Shown one piece after another: positions 58,940 through 63,556 of a stretch of 63,556 bases of DNA. The DNA is from an uncultured virus (IMG/VR IMGVR_UViG_3300044632_001415) (lineage: Duplodnaviria; Heunggongvirae; Uroviricota; Caudoviricetes): the IMG/VR virus record IMGVR_UViG_3300044632_001415; one strand, 5' to 3'. Below the pieces are notes generated by a model. The model ran no database searches, had not been told where the DNA came from, and saw only the letters and a program-made list of their open reading frames with translations. Made by a program: the position numbers and the translations under genes. Position 1 is the first letter of the stretch. Every line of letters begins with the position of its first letter.

Positions 58940-60697
58940 TTAGAATGTTCCACCATCAATGGAGAAACCACTTAATGTACTGCTATTTCCGTACAATGCG
59001 CCTGAGACTCCGATTCCACCAGTTACAACTAAGGTGCCAGTTGTATAAGATGATGACGCAGTTGCTGCAGTAAATGTTGTGGCACCGTTTGAGGTTAAGG
59101 TAGTGAAAGCTCCTGTGCCTTTAGTTGTTGCGCCTATATTGGACGAATCAATTGTCTTATTTGTAAGACTTTCAGATCCAGCTAAAGTGGCAAGAGTTCC
59201 AGATGTTGGAAGAGTTACGCCTGTTGTTCCAGTCGAGGTGAAAGTTATTGCATTAGCTCCAGATGTAACAAGGTTGCCACCAAGAGTAATGGTACTAGCT
59301 CCATTATTTACTCCGGTTCCACCATAAGTTGAACCGATTACTGTACCATTCCAGGTACCAGTTGCAATTGTTCCAACTGAAGTAAGGCTTGAGGCAGTTA
59401 CTCCTGAGCCAAGAGTTGAGCCAGAGAGTACAGAAGTTCCCGCAATCAACAATGACTTGCCTGTCAGAAGATTAAGATTTTCTGAAGAAGTCCATGCGTC
59501 AGTTGCATCAACCCAGTTAAAAGTCTTGTCTGTATCACCCTTAAGAGTGATTCCACCACCATCAGCACCTGCGTCTGTCGGAGAGGCGCTTGAGCCAAGT
59601 TCAATGTTCTTATCGTCAATAGTTATAGTAGTTGAATTGATTGTAGTTGTTGTGCCGTTAACTGTTAGATCGCCCGAAAGGACAAGGGAGGTGCCAGTGG
59701 CAGCACCAATGTTTGGAGTTACAAGTGTTGGCGTATTAGCAAATACTAGAGCACCAGTACCAGTTTCGTCAGATATAATTCCAGCAAGTTCTGATGATGA
59801 AGTCGCTGCAAAAGCTGAAAGCTTATCTGCAGTAAGAGCTACTGTACCAGTTGCGTCTGGCAGAGTGATAGTGCGGTCTGCAGTTGGATCTGTGACTGCA
59901 AGAGTTGTTTCAAAGTCATTTGCAGTTGCACCTTCAAAAACCATGCTTCCACTATTAAGTGTAAGTCCTGCAAATGTTACGCTTGCAGAGGTTGCTACAT
60001 CTTGACCAATGGACAGTGAGTGAGTTGTCCCCTCACCTGTTGTTGCTGCAGAAGAAGTAACACCAGTTCCACCAGTTATTGTTGCTACATAGTTTCCTGA
60101 AGTATTAGTTCCAAGCGCAATTTCTATAGTTGTAGAACTTGCTGCGATTAAACGACCCTGGGCGTCAACCGTGAAGCTACCGACTGAGGCAGCACCGCCG
60201 TATGAACCAGCAGTAACTGTTGTATTGTCAAGATTTAGTGTTATGGTATTTGTAGATGATGCTATTGATGAAAGCCCAGTTCCACCTGATATGGTTACAG
60301 TCTCCGCGTCGTCAATTGTCTGCGATGTTCCAGAATCACCTGCTAAAGTAAAGTTATATGTAGCAGCTACGACAGCTGCATCCACATATCCTGTTGTTGC
60401 AACTTTAGTGCTATTGTCCCCGGCTGTTTGTGTTGTTGCAGTTGCAGAAGATCCTAAGGCTACTGTTCCAGAAAATGTTTTATTTCCAGTAATAGTTTGA
60501 GTCCCAGTGAGGTCGACATATGCGCCTTTACCACCGATTGCTTCAACGGTAGTCGCAATTCCACCAACTCCACCAGTTCCCTTACCATAATAAAGGGTAT
60601 CATCTACTTCATTATATGCGAGTTCTGCATTTTCCAGACTGCTTGGTGCACCAGAAGCTCCTGATGCCCTTCTTTTAATTCTGATTGTATTAGCCAT
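58940..60697 (-). CDS. Fibre protein (head/collar fibre), Thr/Gly/Ser/Ala-rich
   Basis: N-terminal MANTIRIKRR..P..L...ELAYN.....LYYG (Mtd-N/hyaluronidase-like anchor), mosaic of common fibre modules, C-terminal IDGGTF. Confidence 0.75.
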   Translation of the reverse strand: MANTIRIKRRASGASGAPSSLENAELAYNEVDDTLYYGKGTGGVGGIATTVEAIGGKGAYVDLTGTQTITGNKTFSGTVALGSSATATTQTAGDNSTKVATTGYVDAAVVAATYNFTLAGDSGTSQTIDDAETVTISGGTGLSSIASSTNTITLNLDNTTVTAGSYGGAASVGSFTVDAQGRLIAASSTTIEIALGTNTSGNYVATITGGTGVTSSAATTGEGTTHSLSIGQDVATSASVTFAGLTLNSGSMVFEGATANDFETTLAVTDPTADRTITLPDATGTVALTADKLSAFAATSSSELAGIISDETGTGALVFANTPTLVTPNIGAATGTSLVLSGDLTVNGTTTTINSTTITIDDKNIELGSSASPTDAGADGGGITLKGDTDKTFNWVDATDAWTSSENLNLLTGKSLLIAGTSVLSGSTLGSGVTASSLTSVGTIATGTWNGTVIGSTYGGTGVNNGASTITLGGNLVTSGANAITFTSTGTTGVTLPTSGTLATLAGSESLTNKTIDSSNIGATTKGTGAFTTLTSNGATTFTAATASSSYTTGTLVVTGGIGVSGALYGNSSTLSGFSIDGGTF

Positions 60698-60699
60698 TG

Positions 60700-61038
60700 T
60701 TAAAAGTTTCCTCCATCAACAAGATTTTCTTCATTATAATTAACCCAAACTGAGCCATTGTAACGTAAAACATCACCAGGATTAACTGTTGATATAGTAA
60801 CATCGGTTAAACCATTTAAAACGGATTGTGTAGTAATTGCAGTTTCTGCAGATATTATTCTATCTTTAACTGTTAAATGACTGCCCGCTGGATTTAATCC
60901 GATAACCGTCTGCATGGCCTCAATGGCGTCATTTGCATTAGCGTGCTGTTGATGGTGAGGTACCGTTACTGAATTAAGCGCATCAGATGATGTAGGATTG
61001 ATCAATACGTCCAATGCTGCGGGATACTGGGTGGTCAT
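60700..61038 (-). CDS. Short fibre/whisker-associated protein
   Basis: N-terminal YP.ALD...NP and HHQQHANANDAIEAMQ..IG; L..LTDVTI...GDVLRYNGSVWVN fibre repeat; C-terminal DGGNF. Confidence 0.55.
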   Translation of the reverse strand: MTTQYPAALDVLINPTSSDALNSVTVPHHQQHANANDAIEAMQTVIGLNPAGSHLTVKDRIISAETAITTQSVLNGLTDVTISTVNPGDVLRYNGSVWVNYNEENLVDGGNF

Positions 61039-61047
61039 AAAAATCCT

Positions 61048-61458
61048 TTATAAACTAAATATTTTATATTGTTCGTTACTCCAATTAATTGTGATGGAGA
61101 TAGGACTAGCACTAGAAGATACTGGAAGTCCAGTAGCTGTATCTATGTAGGCTAAAAGTCTTGATGTAGATCTAACTCCAGTATCTTTATATAAAACTAG
61201 ATAGGCAAAACCGCTAGTCCCGTAATCTTCTATTGTAATATTATCAGCATCAAAGACACCAGATGCTGTTGTTTTTCCGCTTAATAAACTAGTAGTTGCT
61301 GCGACTGAATCTTCACTAATGCTTGATAAGAATTCATGTGTACTTAAATTTACTGTATAAGTATTTTTTACTAATGCAATTTTTAAGTTATTGTCAGTCA
61401 GGTCAAATAAACCCTCTAGTAGGCCTTCTTTCCCTTTTGCATATAGTGCATTTGCCAT
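61048..61458 (-). CDS. Small virion structural protein (head/neck region)
   Basis: 136 aa, MANALY..G.E..L...DL....LKIALV...WS....IFSL pattern recalled from phage structural modules. Confidence 0.55.
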   Translation of the reverse strand: MANALYAKGKEGLLEGLFDLTDNNLKIALVKNTYTVNLSTHEFLSSISEDSVAATTSLLSGKTTASGVFDADNITIEDYGTSGFAYLVLYKDTGVRSTSRLLAYIDTATGLPVSSSASPISITINWSNEQYKIFSL

Positions 61459-62231
61459 TATATGCCAACTTCCGAAGAGACAATAACTCTATATTTATAG
61501 CCTTTTTCGAAATAAGTTTTATCATCAATATAGAAAACGGGTGTAGCGTCTGTAGATGGGAAATCTACATATACATCTGGTTTCCATGAGTGCATTGATA
61601 TATTTGTATCTACATTTTCCCATCTTGATGGAGTCTTTTGTATCTTTTTGCGCTGCGCTTTAAAGTATTTAGAGATCAAAAAGTTTGAAGCTGGTCGAGA
61701 ACTAAATGTAATTGTTACCCTACCATTATTCTCATCATTTGCTAGATAAAAATCTCCAGCCGTTGGATTAGTTGATATTATATAAAAATCTGGGTTTTTT
61801 GCTAATATTTGATATCCAGTTTCAATATCTGCTCTAACAGACTTATCTTCTATTAAAACTTCATTAAGAACTGTAGCTTTACTGTCAGTAAGAATCGAAG
61901 GTGTCGCTGCGCTAGTCTGGCTTGTAAAGGTTATTTTTTCTTCTGGAATTATAAAACCTGAAGAGTCTAATAAATTTGTTATTTTAAGAACATAATCTGT
62001 GTTTGGCTGTAATACTATATCCCAATATAAAGTTAAAGTTCTACTAATCTGATTATAGTCAGTTATTGTATTTATTACCTTAAATGGAGAAACTAGTTGA
62101 ACTGGTGTTGCGGTATCTGTATTTACAGTAAAATTGGCATCTACTATCGAAGATATCTTAATAGTTCTTCCAAACTTAATGTTAACTGTATTTACTGTTA
62201 CAGTTGCATTATCAATCAAATATAGTGCCAC
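61458..62231 (-). CDS. Virion structural protein with two Ig-like domains (decoration)
   Basis: Beta-rich LTLYW..LQPNTDYVLKI..L.D..G and ISTNP....VTITFS patterns typical of Big/SbsA Ig-like domains; start reassigned to GTG at 62231 (GGAG 8 nt upstream); three ATP motifs. Confidence 0.6.
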   Translation of the reverse strand: MALYLIDNATVTVNTVNIKFGRTIKISSIVDANFTVNTDTATPVQLVSPFKVINTITDYNQISRTLTLYWDIVLQPNTDYVLKITNLLDSSGFIIPEEKITFTSQTSAATPSILTDSKATVLNEVLIEDKSVRADIETGYQILAKNPDFYIISTNPTAGDFYLANDENNGRVTITFSSRPASNFLISKYFKAQRKKIQKTPSRWENVDTNISMHSWKPDVYVDFPSTDATPVFYIDDKTYFEKGYKYRVIVSSEVGI

Positions 62232-62262
62232 TTTACACACTCCATAATACGCATCTATTTTA

Positions 62263-62273
62263 ATAGTAACAAA
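62263..62273 (-). promoter_or_regulatory. Putative phage late-promoter motif TTTGTTACTAT
   Basis: Identical 11-mer also in the intergenic gap at 54739-54749; about 32 nt upstream of the probable GTG start at 62231. Confidence 0.5.
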
Positions 62274-62291
62274 TTAATGCAATTAATAGCA

Positions 62292-62324
62292 TAGGGGACG
62301 GTAGATTTATTCCACCGTCCCCTA
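62292..62324 (-). terminator. Stem-loop terminator after the capsid gene
   Basis: Perfect 11-bp inverted repeat TAGGGGACGGT/ACCGTCCCCTA, extendable by a G-U pair on the minus-strand RNA; A/U-rich tail. Confidence 0.75.
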
Positions 62325-62365
62325 GCTTTAGGGCTAATTCGTAACTATAGCAACCCTAAGGTTTA

Positions 62366-63430
62366 TCAGCTCAAAGCTACGTCGTTTGTAACCTGAACTT
62401 CGTAGTTGCGGCTGAGTCTTACGTTCTTAGCAACAGTGATACCTTCACCATCACCTAACATTACGATATCATACCGCTCCTTCATTTTAAGTGAGCGAAT
62501 GTCACGACTTGGATCATCAAACTGATCTGTACTCATATCATCCTTCACTAGAAGTGAGCCGACCTCATTGCGATCAATGAGGAAGAGGTCTGACTTAGCA
62601 GCTGTTGCGCCACTCTTAGCAGTAAAGCTAACGAATGGTGAAACAAGCACATTGAGACCCATGGGTGCTGTTGCATTTAGAGCGCCTTCGGCTGACTGAG
62701 GACGATATCCCCAGCTACTTCCAACACCTGAAGCTGCACCACCGGCGTGGAAAATAGCGTCCTTAAGGAACACTGACCACATCAAGGGGTGTAGGATAAA
62801 GTCTGTTGGAATATGGTTTTCAGCCATAAGAACAGCAGCCATGTCAATGATGTCATCCCATGTCACGGTCTTGTTGGCTGTGCCATCAATGTCGCGACCT
62901 GTGGTGTCATCGTATGAACCGCTATCGTTATCAAATACGATAGTAGCTGCGTCTTTGAATCGGCTAAGTGCAATTTGCTCTTTCAAACGAGCCATGGCAC
63001 GCCCAGCTGCACGAACATGTAGGCCAACAATGTCCCAAAGTGAATCGGCAATTACCTCTTCTGTAAAGGCGAGCTTAACGCCCTTCTTTGAAACTTTGCC
63101 CTCTACCTGCTTTGCAAATGCGAGTGCTTGCTCTGGATACTCTTGTCCTTCTGGGATCTCTGCTGCTTGGATTGCATTGACTGCTGGGAACTCCAAAGAG
63201 CGCCCCTTGCCGAGGCGAACTGTAGAGAGAAGCGGCGTAACCAGCAATTGTGGCTCCGCAGCCTCACGCAGAGTGCGAGAGAGAACCTTGGGGAAAAGGG
63301 CAGCTGCATCAGAAGATGCAAATGCTTCCTTAATGGTTACTCTATTATCTGCGTCTATATACCCGTCCTCAGTCAGTGCAGCCTCCCAAGCTGGGAGACC
63401 CGAGAGGAGCTCTTGGATTGTCTTACTCAT
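62366..63430 (-). CDS. Major capsid protein (HK97 fold)
   Basis: 354 aa; EAFASSDAAALFPKV, AAEIPEGQEYPE, KKGVKLAFTEEVIADS, ILHPLMW and ERYDIV resemble HK97-type MCP motifs; AGGAGG RBS, distinct codon usage, followed by a strong hairpin. Confidence 0.9.
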   Translation of the reverse strand: MSKTIQELLSGLPAWEAALTEDGYIDADNRVTIKEAFASSDAAALFPKVLSRTLREAAEPQLLVTPLLSTVRLGKGRSLEFPAVNAIQAAEIPEGQEYPEQALAFAKQVEGKVSKKGVKLAFTEEVIADSLWDIVGLHVRAAGRAMARLKEQIALSRFKDAATIVFDNDSGSYDDTTGRDIDGTANKTVTWDDIIDMAAVLMAENHIPTDFILHPLMWSVFLKDAIFHAGGAASGVGSSWGYRPQSAEGALNATAPMGLNVLVSPFVSFTAKSGATAAKSDLFLIDRNEVGSLLVKDDMSTDQFDDPSRDIRSLKMKERYDIVMLGDGEGITVAKNVRLSRNYEVQVTNDVALS

Positions 63431-63468
63431 CTTAGGATTATTCCTCCTGTGCTATTGTTTTCTATTTA

Positions 63469-63556
63469 TCAGAGTGTCAAATTAACGCGGAATGCGCCAA
63501 TGACATTATTTACGTCCAGGTTCGCCCGAATGCCAAGCTTACCGCTAAAAGTACCG
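63469..63556 (-). CDS. 3' end of a head-associated protein (decoration/capsid accessory), truncated by window edge
   Basis: Open frame ...GTFSGKLGIRANLDVNNVIGAFRVNLTL ending TGA TAA, directly upstream of the capsid gene RBS; function inferred from position only. Confidence 0.55.
   Translation of the reverse strand, partial: GTFSGKLGIRANLDVNNVIGAFRVNLTL

Noticed and set aside
62328..62359. Second hairpin (ttaggg...ccctaa) just after the capsid stop
   Set aside because: Only about 6 bp of stem with a long loop; too weak to call as a separate element or ncRNA
62841..63485. 214-aa plus-strand ORF (also 59457-60005, 41690-42064 and other short plus-strand ORFs)
   Set aside because: Antisense shadows of well-supported minus-strand genes; no recognisable motifs
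1..63556. Alternative genetic code (stop-codon reassignment)
   Set aside because: Very long ORFs tile the window under the standard code, and TAA, TAG and TGA all occur as real gene ends

Overview
This AT-rich window is the virion-morphogenesis region of a large contractile-tailed phage (myovirus). All ~32 real genes are on the minus strand, tightly packed and in the standard genetic code. In transcription order (right to left): 3' end of a head gene, major capsid protein, Ig-like/decoration and fibre genes, head-tail adaptor and closure, two tail-sheath paralogues around a tail terminator, three tail-tube paralogues, two tail-assembly chaperones, a 2223-aa tape-measure-like protein, a 1749-aa protein, a 3694-aa hub mega-protein, a peptidase/transglycosylase-like tail lysin, a split spike, gp25-like and baseplate-J proteins, and large baseplate/fibre proteins. 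From memory, the tube and capsid motifs resemble the Bacillus phage 0305phi8-36 lineage; this is unverified, and the host is probably Gram-positive. Main findings: (1) the 1749-aa protein carries the ordered motif set of single-subunit two-barrel RNA polymerases with a non-canonical GGFDLDD site, suggesting a virion-delivered RNAP; (2) an Ala-Thr-Pro tripeptide is strongly over-represented in a subset of structural proteins, suggesting a modification (glycosylation) sequon; (3) the hub mega-protein ends in a staphylococcal-nuclease domain; (4) a DGR-target-type CLec/DUF1566 domain is inserted mid-protein; (5) a recurring (G)TTACTAT putative late-promoter motif. All calls are by eye from motifs and synteny; no searches were run.
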